DNA of 64,000 nucleotides from an uncultured delta proteobacterium (GTDB lineage Bacteria > Myxococcota_A > Polyangia > Polyangiales > Polyangiaceae). The translations under genes and the position numbers were made by a program. The stretch spans positions 64,001-128,000 of the forward strand of contig CAWKKR010000005.1 in the NCBI GenBank assembly GCA_963850305.1, written 5' to 3'. Every line of letters begins with the position of its first letter. Position 1 is the stretch's first letter. Shown piece by piece: positions 52,791 to 62,202 of the stretch. Below the pieces are notes generated by a model, which saw only the letters and a program-made list of their open reading frames with translations, did no database searches and was not told the origin of the DNA.

Positions 52791-53140
52791 ACGCGCCCGA
52801 GACGATGCAATCCGCGGGCAAGTGAGAGCGCCCCTTCGGAATCGAGACCGCGAAGCAGGTGCCCCGCCCGACTTCGCTCGTCACTTCCACGGTGCCGCCG
52901 TGGAGCCGCACGAGCTCGTGCACGAGGGACAGGCCGATACCGCTGCCCTCGAAGCTTCGTCCGCTCGCTCCTTCGACACGATGAAAACGTTCGAAGATTC
53001 TCGGCAGTTCTTGCGCCGGGATGCCGGTACCCGTGTCGCGAACCGAAAGGACGACACGGTCGCCCGAAGATTCTCATGGTCAGGCTCACCTCGCCCTCGA
53101 ACGTGAACTTGAACGCGTTCGAGACGAGGTTCCAAACCCG
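52790..53140 (-). pseudogene. Histidine kinase HATPase remnant
   Basis: NLVSNAFKFT, DTGTGIP..IFERFHRV..GSGIGLSLVHELVRLHGGTV. Confidence 0.8.
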
Positions 53141-53225
53141 TCCCCGCCTTCACTCCGCCGCTCCCCGCTGTCCACGACGGCCCGAGCCGTCAGGGACGGG
53201 TAATTTCGTAATATCGTGAGCAGTG

Positions 53226-54167
53226 CTAAGCGTGGGAAAGCGCCGCGCGATCCCACCCGGCGAGGTCCGCCGCGGCGTCGTACGTGGTCTCGAGGAATTC
53301 GAGGAGGACGCCGTCGGGGTCCGGCGCCGTGCGTACGGCCTCGTACGGCAGCACGAACTCCCGCAGGACCGGGTGATAGAACGCGCTGCGCGGACCGACG
53401 TTCGCCGAGAAGAGCCCCGACGGCTCGGGATACGCGTAGGCGTAGAACGAGGCTTCGCGAACCGGGCCACCACCCGGCCAGAACCCTGCACTGATGCACT
53501 CGTGCGAATAGGCCTCTTCCTGGACGAAGTCGGGGCAGTTCGGGACGCCGCCCGGGTGCTTCGGCGCGGTTCGACCCGAGAAGCGCGTACAGGCGAGATC
53601 GAACGCGCCCCACCAGAACTGGACCGGGCTGCATTTGCCCAAGAATCGCCCGCGGAATGCCTTCATCACGCGATCGGCCTGCACCGTGGCGCGAAACCAA
53701 CGATGCACGGCCTCCGAGTCGTAGGAAGCGTGCGTGTGATCTTGCGTGAACGGGATCGCGTCGTTCAGTTCCCGCGGGACGGGCCAGATCTTCGGTTCGA
53801 TGTCCAGCGACCGCAGCAGCGCCACGTACTCCCGGTAAAACGAGGCTACCGGTTCGGCGGTGAGCACCATCGATCCCTCTTCGCCGCGGCTCGTCCGGAC
53901 GATCAGGAGATGATGGTCGAAATCGAATTCCACCTCGAACGTGTGCGTCCCGTAAGGGATCGACGAGGTCGTCAATCCGAGTGGCGTCACGTAGAGCGTC
54001 ACGTGCCACCAGTGGTTCACCATCGGCGAGTGCATGAGCCGCGTCTTGCCCACCATCTGCGTCCAGCGGTGGACCGTTTCATACGTGTCCTCCCAGCCGT
54101 CGACGAGGGGCAGCGCCGGCCACGGTTCCGAGCCCGGAGTTCGTTCCAGTTGCGTCGCGGTGTTCAT
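53226..54167 (-). CDS. DUF5996-family protein
   Basis: NHWWHVTLYV, SPVQFWWGAFDLACTRFSGR, EAYSHECISAGFWPG, FYAYAYPEP. Confidence 0.85.
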   Translation of the reverse strand: MNTATQLERTPGSEPWPALPLVDGWEDTYETVHRWTQMVGKTRLMHSPMVNHWWHVTLYVTPLGLTTSSIPYGTHTFEVEFDFDHHLLIVRTSRGEEGSMVLTAEPVASFYREYVALLRSLDIEPKIWPVPRELNDAIPFTQDHTHASYDSEAVHRWFRATVQADRVMKAFRGRFLGKCSPVQFWWGAFDLACTRFSGRTAPKHPGGVPNCPDFVQEEAYSHECISAGFWPGGGPVREASFYAYAYPEPSGLFSANVGPRSAFYHPVLREFVLPYEAVRTAPDPDGVLLEFLETTYDAAADLAGWDRAALSHA

Positions 54168-54457
54168 CGAATATCGCCCGGCGCGCTCGGCGCCGGCTCC
54201 ATCAGGATTTCCTCCGGGTAGCACCATCCCCAGTCCTCCCCGGGTTCGAAGCTCCGCATCACGGGATGCTCGGTCTGGTGATAATGCCCGGTCGCATGCT
54301 TGCCTGGTGAGCTGTCACAGCAACCAACATGCCCGCACTCCAGACACAGCCGGAGGTGCACCCACCGGCCACCCGTCCTCAAGCACTCCTCGCAGCCGCG
54401 CGGCGTGCGAGGCGCGATTTTGCGGACGTGATCGAGGTGAGCGCAGCGCGTTGGCAT
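54164..54457 (-). CDS. UBP-type zinc finger protein
   Basis: CAHL..CEEC..WVHLRLCLECGHVGCCDSSPGKHATGH..SFEPGEDWGWCY. Confidence 0.92.
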   Translation of the reverse strand: MPTRCAHLDHVRKIAPRTPRGCEECLRTGGRWVHLRLCLECGHVGCCDSSPGKHATGHYHQTEHPVMRSFEPGEDWGWCYPEEILMEPAPSAPGDIR

Positions 54458-54583
54458 CTGGGGGAACCTGACTCGATCGTGGTAGTGCCGCCCCTCGAAT
54501 GTCGCAATCGAACGAGCCGCTTCCTGCCGTCGTCAATTGCGCGACTCCCGGTGCGAGATTCATCCTAGGCTTCGCGGCGCTCG

Positions 54584-55801
54584 ATGACGGCGATACTGAT
54601 CTTCGCGTTCACCTACGTTGCCCTCGCGTTGGGTCGCATCCCCGGTCTTCGCTCGGACCGCGTCGCGGCCGTCGTGATCGGAGCGGCGCTCATGATCGCG
54701 TTCGGCGTGCTCGCGTTCGGCGAAGCCGAGCGCGCGGTCGACGGCGCGACCATGGCCCTCCTCTTCGGGATGATGCTGATCTCGGCCGCTCTCGACGTCT
54801 CGGGCGCGTTCGAGACGCTCGGCTGGGTCGTCATGCGCCGAGCACGGAAGCCCATGACGCTGCTCGTCGCCGTATCCGCGGCGACGGCTCTCCTCTCCGC
54901 GGTGATGATCAACGACGTGGTGTGTCTCGCGTTCACGCCACTGCTGCTCCATGTCTGCGACGCACTCGAGTGCGAGCCCAGGCCGTACCTGATCGCGCTC
55001 GCGACATCGTCGAACATCGGCAGTGTCGCGACCATCACCGGGAATCCTCAGAACATCCTCATCGCGTCGCTGTCGCACATCACCTACGCGCACTTCGCCG
55101 CCGCGCTGTCGCCCGTCGCCATCATCGGGCTCGGAGTGAATATCGCCGTCATCTCGCTCGTCTATCGCGAAGACCTGTCGCGTCCCTTCACCGCGCGCGA
55201 CGCCGTTCCGCGACCCGTGACGAACCGCGCGGGCCTATGGAAAGGGGGCGTCGTCGGCGTCGCGGTGCTCCTCGCATTCCTCGCCGGCGCACCGCCGCCC
55301 ATCGCGGCGATTCTGGGCGGCTCGGCGATGCTGGTCACCCGCGCCACGGACCCGAAGCGCCTCTATGCACAGGTGGACTGGACACTCCTCGCTCTGTTCG
55401 CGGGGCTCTTCGTGGTCATTCGCGGGATCGAACACGCGGGACTCGCGGGCCACCTGCTCGGATTTCTGGCGGCGTTCCGGACCGACACGATCTGGGGCCT
55501 GTCCGTCGTCACCGCGATGCTGTCGAACCTCGTGAGCAATGTGCCGGCGGTCATGGTGCTGAAAGCGGGGATCCCTCACCTCCCGGATCCGCAAACCGCC
55601 TGGCTGACGCTCGCAATGGCGTCCACGCTCGCCGGCAACCTGACGCTCCCCGGATCGCTCGCCGCCATCATCGTCGTCGAACGCGCGAAGGAGCGGACCA
55701 CCATCTCGTTCCTCGACTTCATGCGCGTCGGCGTGCCCACGGCGGTCCTCACCGTTCTCCTCGGGGCCTCATGGCTAGCGCTCCGGCAAGTGCTGTTCTG
55801 A
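54584..55801 (+). CDS. ArsB/NhaD/CitMHS (YbiR-like) anion transporter
   Basis: INDVVCL.FTP, SSNIGSVATITGNPQN, VDWTLL.LF.GLF, SNLVSNVP, STLAGNLT. Confidence 0.92.
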   Translation: MTAILIFAFTYVALALGRIPGLRSDRVAAVVIGAALMIAFGVLAFGEAERAVDGATMALLFGMMLISAALDVSGAFETLGWVVMRRARKPMTLLVAVSAATALLSAVMINDVVCLAFTPLLLHVCDALECEPRPYLIALATSSNIGSVATITGNPQNILIASLSHITYAHFAAALSPVAIIGLGVNIAVISLVYREDLSRPFTARDAVPRPVTNRAGLWKGGVVGVAVLLAFLAGAPPPIAAILGGSAMLVTRATDPKRLYAQVDWTLLALFAGLFVVIRGIEHAGLAGHLLGFLAAFRTDTIWGLSVVTAMLSNLVSNVPAVMVLKAGIPHLPDPQTAWLTLAMASTLAGNLTLPGSLAAIIVVERAKERTTISFLDFMRVGVPTAVLTVLLGASWLALRQVLF

Positions 55802-56042
55802 TCGAGTTCTCTGGGGGGCGTTCCTGCTGTTCCTGCCCCCCGAGCTTCGCGGCTGCTCCCCCCGGTATGCCGCGAGCGTTGCCGCGTCCATCGCTTCGAA
55901 GAAAACAGGGTCGCGCAGAAGCCTACGGAGCTCGCTCCGAGAGCAGGATTCGAGGAAGTCGACAAGTTCGCCTTGGGTGCGAGCGATCACGGAGACACGC
56001 TCGCTCTCGGCACGCTGACGTCCCTCGTCTCCTGCGCGTAGC

Positions 56043-56852
56043 TCATTGGGCTTGAACGGGCGCAGCGTCGGGCGCTTCGTTCTCCCACGAATAGCCCACG
56101 ATGAACTTTGCGACGAAGGGGTCGCTCGCGCTCGTGAGCCCCTCGCCGATCCCCGCGTTCAGCTCGACGCGGGGGATCGCGAGCACGTCCACCGCTTCGT
56201 AGACGTACTGGGCTTCGCGAGCCCAGGGCAAAGGTGACGAGATTGGCCCGAACGACGAGTAGTACTCGATGCCGACCGCCACCTTGCCCACGATCTTGAC
56301 CTTCGCCATCCCCGCGGGCTCGAACGATGGACCTTGGGTCGCGCCGGGCGCGGCGAGTGGCACGTCGGCGATTGGGTTGATCGCGAAGAGCCAGTGTTCA
56401 TCTTCCCACGCCGCGATCGGCCGAATCTCGCCGCCCCAGCGGTTTCGGTCGTAATGCTGCGGCAGTAACGACACCTCCAAGTTGAGCCCGAGGCGAAGGT
56501 GCTCGCGCCAGCCCGCGGGTGTCACGAATTTCGCTCTGAGCTTCGTGCCCGCGTACTCGAACGTGCCGTCGCCGAGGAGTGCCGTTTGGAGATACCCGCC
56601 GAGCTCGAGAAAGCGGGTCACGCCGATCGACGGCTCGAGCGTGAAGTGAGTCTGATGCTCCATCGGGAGCTCGGGAGGGTCCGCGGTCTTCACGCCACCG
56701 AAGGCGTGGTTCAGGTGGAGCTCGAGCCCTGGGGTGCCGGGTTCGTCCGCCGTCGCGTCGTAGACCTGGATCTCGAACGGATCGATGGCTGACGCCTCGC
56801 GCGACGAAAGCGCGCAGGCCACGACGAGGAGCACGATGCGAAGCGGGCGCAT
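56043..56852 (-). CDS. Exported/outer-membrane beta-barrel-like hypothetical protein
   Basis: Signal peptide, FEIQVYD..ELHLN, alternating beta strands. Confidence 0.75.
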   Translation of the reverse strand: MRPLRIVLLVVACALSSREASAIDPFEIQVYDATADEPGTPGLELHLNHAFGGVKTADPPELPMEHQTHFTLEPSIGVTRFLELGGYLQTALLGDGTFEYAGTKLRAKFVTPAGWREHLRLGLNLEVSLLPQHYDRNRWGGEIRPIAAWEDEHWLFAINPIADVPLAAPGATQGPSFEPAGMAKVKIVGKVAVGIEYYSSFGPISSPLPWAREAQYVYEAVDVLAIPRVELNAGIGEGLTSASDPFVAKFIVGYSWENEAPDAAPVQAQ

Positions 56853-56939
56853 GCCGTCCGGAGACATTGTGCACCCAATGGCGCACGTCCGACGCGAAGC
56901 CCGACTTGCGAACCGCAACGTCTCTCGCGGTCGGCGTGA

Positions 56940-57207
56940 AGGTTCGGGCCGCGACTCCGGAGGTCTTTACGCCAGGACGCTCACCTGCACGCACCAGGGA
57001 TGCGAGGTCGAGCCCGTCGGCACCGGCGATGCGGCGATGCTCGTCTGTCCGTGCCACGGAAGCCAGTTCGATCGTAACGGAGCGGTGATCCACGGCCCCG
57101 CCAGATCGCCCCTCACGCACTTCACCGTCGCCGTCGCCGCGGGCGGCAACATCACCATCGACGGAAACTCCGAGGTCTCGCCGAGCACGCGGACACCCGT
57201 GGTCTGA
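56940..57207 (+). pseudogene. Rieske [2Fe-2S] domain, N-terminus missing
   Basis: CTHQGC and CPCHGSQFD..GPA. Confidence 0.75.
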
Positions 57208-57728
57208 ACGCGGGGACGGCGAGACCGTCCGAGCTCGAGCCGCTGAGAGCCCTCGCTGGCGTCCAACTCTATGGCCGTGCGGCGATGCTGACCTGAGTGC
57301 TGCCCTCTGCCCCGCTGATTTCGCCGGTGTACGACGACGCGCCCCAGACGTTCACGGAGACCCAGTGTCCCGGCACTACGATCGCCGTGTAAAACTGGAT
57401 CCACCCACAATCGACGCCGCTGCCGCACGCGAGCGGGATGCCGAGGAAGGTCCGCTCGACGGCGGCGGGGCGGCGTCTGGACCTGGCCATCCGACCGAGC
57501 ATCACAGCAACGCGGTGCTCTCGAAGACCGCGCCGCTGGCGAGCCATCGGCAAAAGGTGTCGGCGGCGTCGGGCTCATCGAGCGACGCGTGGTGCCGCAC
57601 GTCGGGCCATGGCTCTTCGATGCCGTGTCGCAGCCGGCTTGACTCGACCGAACGACGGTGAGACGGTCGTTCTCGCCGACCCGCGAGGACAGGGTAATTG
57701 GGCTTGGCGCGAGCCGAAGGAAGTCAGG

Positions 57729-58883
57729 ATGCAAGTCTCGAAGTACCTTCTCGTCTCTCTGGCGGCATGGCTCGCGGCGTGCTCGAGCTCGCCGAATGCA
57801 TCGACCGGAGGTGCGCTCGACGGAGGCCCGAACGCGTCCGGCGGGGGATCGACCGGTTCGGGGGCGAGCGGAAGCGGCGGAGCCACGAGCGCCGGGCCGA
57901 CGATGGGCGGCTTCTGCAAGGTCGACTCGGATTGTCCGAGCGGCGAACTGTGCCTTTCTCCCGGCCTCGGGGTGGGCACGGACAAGTACTGCGCTCCCCC
58001 GTGCGCGCAGCAAGGTGACTGCGTCGCTTTCGCGCAGACATCGTTCAACATTCAGGTCCCGGACACCGTCACGCCCCAGGGCGGCTCGCCGACACCCACC
58101 GTCTTCCAGTCGACCACGCTCGCCCGCGGCTATGCGTGCGCTCCCGTCAGTGGGCAGACGTCGAATTACTGCCAGTTCGCGTGCTCGGCGACGGAGGCGC
58201 TCTCTACCGACAATCATTGCTATTGCCTGCCCGGCTACGAGATCAACGCGACGAAGACCGATTGCGTGTTCGCAGCGGACATCCAGTGCTCCATCCTGAG
58301 CTCCCTTGCTCCGGACCAGCAGGCGGCCCTGAAGGCGAGCTACGGCATTCAGGTGGCGAGCCCGACGTGCGACGCGTGCGACAGCGACATGTCGTTCGCC
58401 AATACGTTGAAGTGCCACACCGGGCTGTTCGGCTGCGAGATCAACGACATCGGCTTGAAGGGTCGCTGCGCGGAGTTCCTCACCGACGACGCGTTCAACG
58501 CCTGCCTCGCGAGCGCTACGAACTTTACCTGCCAGGACACGTGCGGCAGCTCGTGCGACGTCGGGGACGTCACTTGCCTCAGCAACTGCTACACGTGCAC
58601 GGCCGCACCGAGCTCGCCGGCACCGACGTGTACCACCGGCAATGGCGGCGCAGGCTCGGGCGGTTTCGGAGGCACCAACGGCGCGGGCGGCAGTGGTGGC
58701 GGGACTGGTTTGGGCGGCAGCGGCGGCTCCGTTCGCCCCGACGCTGGCTCCGGCTCGGGCGGCGCGGGCGGAGGCGTCGGTGCCGGCGGTGGTATCGCCT
58801 CTGGCGGACACACTGGCTCGGGCGGCTCCGGCGGAACCTTCGGTTCGGGCGGGTCAGGTGGAAACTTCGGCGCTGGGGGATGA
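57729..58883 (+). CDS. Cys-rich lipoprotein with Gly-rich N- and C-terminal linkers
   Basis: Lipobox LAAC, about 30 Cys residues, poly-Gly tail. Confidence 0.8.
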   Translation: MQVSKYLLVSLAAWLAACSSSPNASTGGALDGGPNASGGGSTGSGASGSGGATSAGPTMGGFCKVDSDCPSGELCLSPGLGVGTDKYCAPPCAQQGDCVAFAQTSFNIQVPDTVTPQGGSPTPTVFQSTTLARGYACAPVSGQTSNYCQFACSATEALSTDNHCYCLPGYEINATKTDCVFAADIQCSILSSLAPDQQAALKASYGIQVASPTCDACDSDMSFANTLKCHTGLFGCEINDIGLKGRCAEFLTDDAFNACLASATNFTCQDTCGSSCDVGDVTCLSNCYTCTAAPSSPAPTCTTGNGGAGSGGFGGTNGAGGSGGGTGLGGSGGSVRPDAGSGSGGAGGGVGAGGGIASGGHTGSGGSGGTFGSGGSGGNFGAGG

Positions 58884-58929
58884 AGCGATTGCGGAACTGC
58901 GCCCATGAGGCTCGTTTCGCGAAGGCGGC

Positions 58930-59290
58930 TCCGCGCAGTTTCGAAATCGAACCCGACGGCGCGCTTCTTCGCGCCATCGAGGCCGTACATCACGTTGATC
59001 GACAGACCGCTCTCGTAGAACACATAGGCGAAGCGGGTGCCGTCGACCTCGAAGGACGTGGCCTCCAGGGGCCGCGACGCGATGACGATGTCGCGCTCTT
59101 CCTCGAGGATGCGGTGCACGTACGCGACGATATCCTTCGCCTTGCTCGCCGGCTCCACTGTGAAGACGTGGTCATACTTGTTCTTGAAGTAGCGGGCTTC
59201 GTTGGCGCGCAACGAAGGCCCCACGTCGAAGGGGGGCCTTGCCCCCGCGGCTTGCTTCGCAACCGCTCCCCCCGGCGCCTTCGGCGGGCT
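58930..59290 (-). pseudogene. Conserved-looking hypothetical protein, truncated
   Basis: Globular segment EARYFKNKYDH..VFYESGLSINVMY..KRAVGF that then runs into antisense of the neighbouring gene. Confidence 0.45.
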
Positions 59291-59387
59291 CGCTCCGCTC
59301 GCGTAGTTCCGCACCTCTTTGATCCCTCGGGGACGACGTGCATCGTCGATGCGGAACTACTGATGCCGACTCAAGGAGCCGACCAGA

Positions 59388-59864
59388 ATGAAAGCGAAGA
59401 ACACAATCTGCCTCTGGTTCGACAAGGACGCGGAAGCCGCGGCGCGCTTTTACGCCGCTACCTTCCCGGACAGTGAAGTCACCGCCGTTCACAAGGCGCC
59501 GGGCGACTTTCCGGGCGGCAAGGCCGGCACCGTGCTGACGGTGGAGTTCACCGTCCTGGGAATTCCCTGTCTGGGTCTCAACGGCGGCCCGCAGTTCAAG
59601 CAGAGCGAGGCATTCTCGTTCCAGATCGCCACGGACAATCAGGAAGAGACGGACCGCTACTGGAACGCGATCGTCGGCAATGGCGGCGTGGAGAGTCAGT
59701 GCGGCTGGTGCAAGGACCGCTGGGGCCTTTCCTGGCAGATCACGCCGCGTGCGCTCACGGACGCCCTGGCCGCGGGTGGAGCCGACGCCAAGCGAGCCTT
59801 CTCGGCAATGATGTCGATGAAGAAGATCGACGTCGCCACCATCGAGGCAGCACGGCGCGGGTGA
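59388..59864 (+). CDS. VOC/PhnB-like (3-dmu-9 3-methyltransferase family) protein
   Basis: ICLWFDKDAEAAARFY, LNGGPQF, CGWCKDRWGLSWQI. Confidence 0.92.
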   Translation: MKAKNTICLWFDKDAEAAARFYAATFPDSEVTAVHKAPGDFPGGKAGTVLTVEFTVLGIPCLGLNGGPQFKQSEAFSFQIATDNQEETDRYWNAIVGNGGVESQCGWCKDRWGLSWQITPRALTDALAAGGADAKRAFSAMMSMKKIDVATIEAARRG

Positions 59865-59924
59865 CGAAGGCCCTTCCTTGCCGAACCGCGGAACGACCAA
59901 ACGCGAGCGCCGTCGCGGTGCCCG

Positions 59925-60040
59925 TTACAAACTCCACGGCGTCGTCGCCTGGAGCACGGCTTCGGTGAGCGCTTCGGTTCTCAGGTTCGTGAATGCCTGG
60001 TAATCGGGGTCCGCCACCATCCGTGAAAACGCCTTGCGCG
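59925..60040 (-). pseudogene. DUF1330-like C-terminal fragment
   Basis: RKAFSRMVADPDYQ..RTEALTEAVLQAT. Confidence 0.45.
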
Positions 60041-60046
60041 TTGCAC

Positions 60047-60406
60047 TCAGATGCTCCGGCCGTCGAATTGCATCACCGTCAGCTCGTTCACGTCCACGCC
60101 GTCGAGACAGCGCGCGTTCACCGCGATCATCGGCTGCCCCGCCTTCTCCCCCCTCGCGAACGACTTGATGCCGCACTCTGTACAGAAGAGGTGGTGAATG
60201 TGCTTCTTGTTGAACTGGTAGTCTTTCAGCGTAGCCTCACCGGCTTTCAGTTCGAAGTCCGACGCGGGCACGAAAGCGAGAAGAGTGCCTGCTCTGCCGC
60301 ACATGGAGCAGTTGCAAGCGATGACCGGCTTCCTCAGATCCACCTTCACTTCGTAACGCACTTTGCCGCACTGGCAGCCGCCCGCGTAGGTCTTGAGGTC
60401 GCTCAT
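60047..60406 (-). CDS. GFA/CENP-V family protein
   Basis: GGCQCGKVRY, CNCSMC, FCTECGI, AVNARCLD. Confidence 0.93.
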   Translation of the reverse strand: MSDLKTYAGGCQCGKVRYEVKVDLRKPVIACNCSMCGRAGTLLAFVPASDFELKAGEATLKDYQFNKKHIHHLFCTECGIKSFARGEKAGQPMIAVNARCLDGVDVNELTVMQFDGRSI

Positions 60407-60451
60407 CCCGGCTTTCTAAATCGGAAGCGACCGCGTGCCCAGCCCCGGACC

Positions 60452-61108
60452 TCACGGTCCCACCGTTCCCTTCACGACCGTGCTCGAAGGGAAATCGAAC
60501 TGTACCGAGCCGCACTTCGGGGGGCCGGTGTTGACGCACTGTTGCTGAAAGCCGCCATCGGGTCCCGTGAGATCCCCGGGCGTGGCGCACATCTTGGCCG
60601 TGTACGTGCCCGGTTTCGCAAAGACGGACTGAACGCACGTCGTTCCAGGGCCGCACGTCGAGGTCGTGTTGTAGCTCCCGTCCCAGTCGAGCGTTGCGCC
60701 GGTCACCCCGATGCCTCTGACCTGGCAAGCGTAACCGGGGCAGGGGGATGTCATGCAGGTCCCGCACGAGACCGAGGAGCAGCTCGAGACGATGCTGAAG
60801 AGCGAATGCCCCGAAGAGTCCTCGACGTCGATCGACGGTCCTTGGCCGCACGTGGACGTCATGCAGTACGGGCCACCGACCGCCGTGAACTCGATGGACG
60901 CCTTCCCGGGCGAGGTCCCGCCCCCGCTTCCTCCAGCTCCACCCGTGCTGCTACCTCCGGCTCCGAGAGAGCCGCCTGTTCCGAGAGAACCTCCCGAGCC
61001 CGTCTCCCCGCTGTCTGAGGTGCTGCCGCCGCAGCCGACGACCAGCATCATCACCGTGCTAACCCCGACCACGAAGCTGTAAGGCGGAGGCTTGGTGGCA
61101 AAGATCAT
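60452..61108 (-). CDS. Gly/Cys-rich lipoprotein (paralog of 31063-31758)
   Basis: Lipobox VVGC. C-terminus CGSVQFDFPSSTVVKGTVGP. Confidence 0.8.
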   Translation of the reverse strand: MIFATKPPPYSFVVGVSTVMMLVVGCGGSTSDSGETGSGGSLGTGGSLGAGGSSTGGAGGSGGGTSPGKASIEFTAVGGPYCMTSTCGQGPSIDVEDSSGHSLFSIVSSCSSVSCGTCMTSPCPGYACQVRGIGVTGATLDWDGSYNTTSTCGPGTTCVQSVFAKPGTYTAKMCATPGDLTGPDGGFQQQCVNTGPPKCGSVQFDFPSSTVVKGTVGP

Positions 61109-61247
61109 AGTCCGAAACGCTAGCCTGGCGGCATCCGGCGCACGAAGCAAATCCGCATTGCCTTGATGCTTCTCCTGGCATTTCCCTGTCCGACGGCGAC
61201 GCTCATCGGTGCCGCCGGCCCCGACGGTGCTAGGCTTCCTTGGTCGC

Positions 61248-61985
61248 ATGGCACACACGGAGCGTTCACGGGGGATGGTCGTCGTGGTCCTCACGGCGGT
61301 GGCCTTCATCACCGGATGCGGTGGCCAGACGACTGGCAGCACCAAGTCCAACGTCGTCGGCGGCGCGGGATCGGGTGCGACAACCGCGGACGCTTCCAGC
61401 AGAGGAGGCGCGGGCGGTCTCGAAGCGGGGAGCATCGACGGATCGGCGACGGGTGGAGCCAGCGTCACGAACTGCGACTGTTTCGCCGGACCCTGTGCTC
61501 CCGGTACCCATTCGGTGCAGGTACCCGATCAGTGCTGTCCGTCGTGCCAGCCCTGCGGCGCGGTAAACTGCCCGAACATGCCGGCGTGTGGTCCCGGCGA
61601 GCAACCGATCACGTCACCCGGACAGTGCTGCCCCACGGCGTGTGGCCCGACGCATGACGGAGGAGCAGGAGGCGTCGGGTCAGGTGGAGCCACGGGCACC
61701 CTGACCGGATGCGACGCAGCGGCGAGCTATACGCCGGACAAGACATGCGCCTCTGATGCCGACTGCGTGATCGCAGATAGTGGTGACTGCTGCGGCACGA
61801 CCGAGGTGGGGGTCCGCAAGGGCACCGAGGCCGCCTTCGTAGCTGCCAACCAGCAGGCACTTTCCTGCATTCCGGGCTGCGGCCTCCGTGGCTGTTTTCA
61901 CGCCGACGTGGATGAAGAGGGGAAGACGGGGTCGTCATTCATCGCGACGTGCGACACGGGTGCTTGCCGAAGCCACGCACAGTGA
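61248..61985 (+). CDS. Cys-rich lipoprotein (paralog of 30269-30985)
   Basis: Lipobox ITGC-GGQTTG. C-terminal ~90 aa nearly identical to the paralog. Confidence 0.8.
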   Translation: MAHTERSRGMVVVVLTAVAFITGCGGQTTGSTKSNVVGGAGSGATTADASSRGGAGGLEAGSIDGSATGGASVTNCDCFAGPCAPGTHSVQVPDQCCPSCQPCGAVNCPNMPACGPGEQPITSPGQCCPTACGPTHDGGAGGVGSGGATGTLTGCDAAASYTPDKTCASDADCVIADSGDCCGTTEVGVRKGTEAAFVAANQQALSCIPGCGLRGCFHADVDEEGKTGSSFIATCDTGACRSHAQ

Positions 61986-62202
61986 ACGTTCCCGCAGTTC
62001 CGGCGCCGACTTCACCAGGCACATCAGATCCGCGGGCACGGCCTTCGCCGAGGATCGTTTGAGGCTCGAGCTCGAGACGGAGCCACCTTGCGCCGAATCG
62101 TCCGCCCCGTAAACACTTCGGAAACAGCGGCGTCACCGGGGGCGCCCAACCATCGGATGTCCGGGCGCTGTCGGAGCGGTCGTGTCGGCTCGGTCGATTC
62201 AG

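Noticed and set aside
30269..61985. Paralogous repeats as a diversity-generating retroelement TR/VR pair
   Set aside because: Differences are mostly synonymous and not adenine-specific, and no reverse transcriptase is present in the window.
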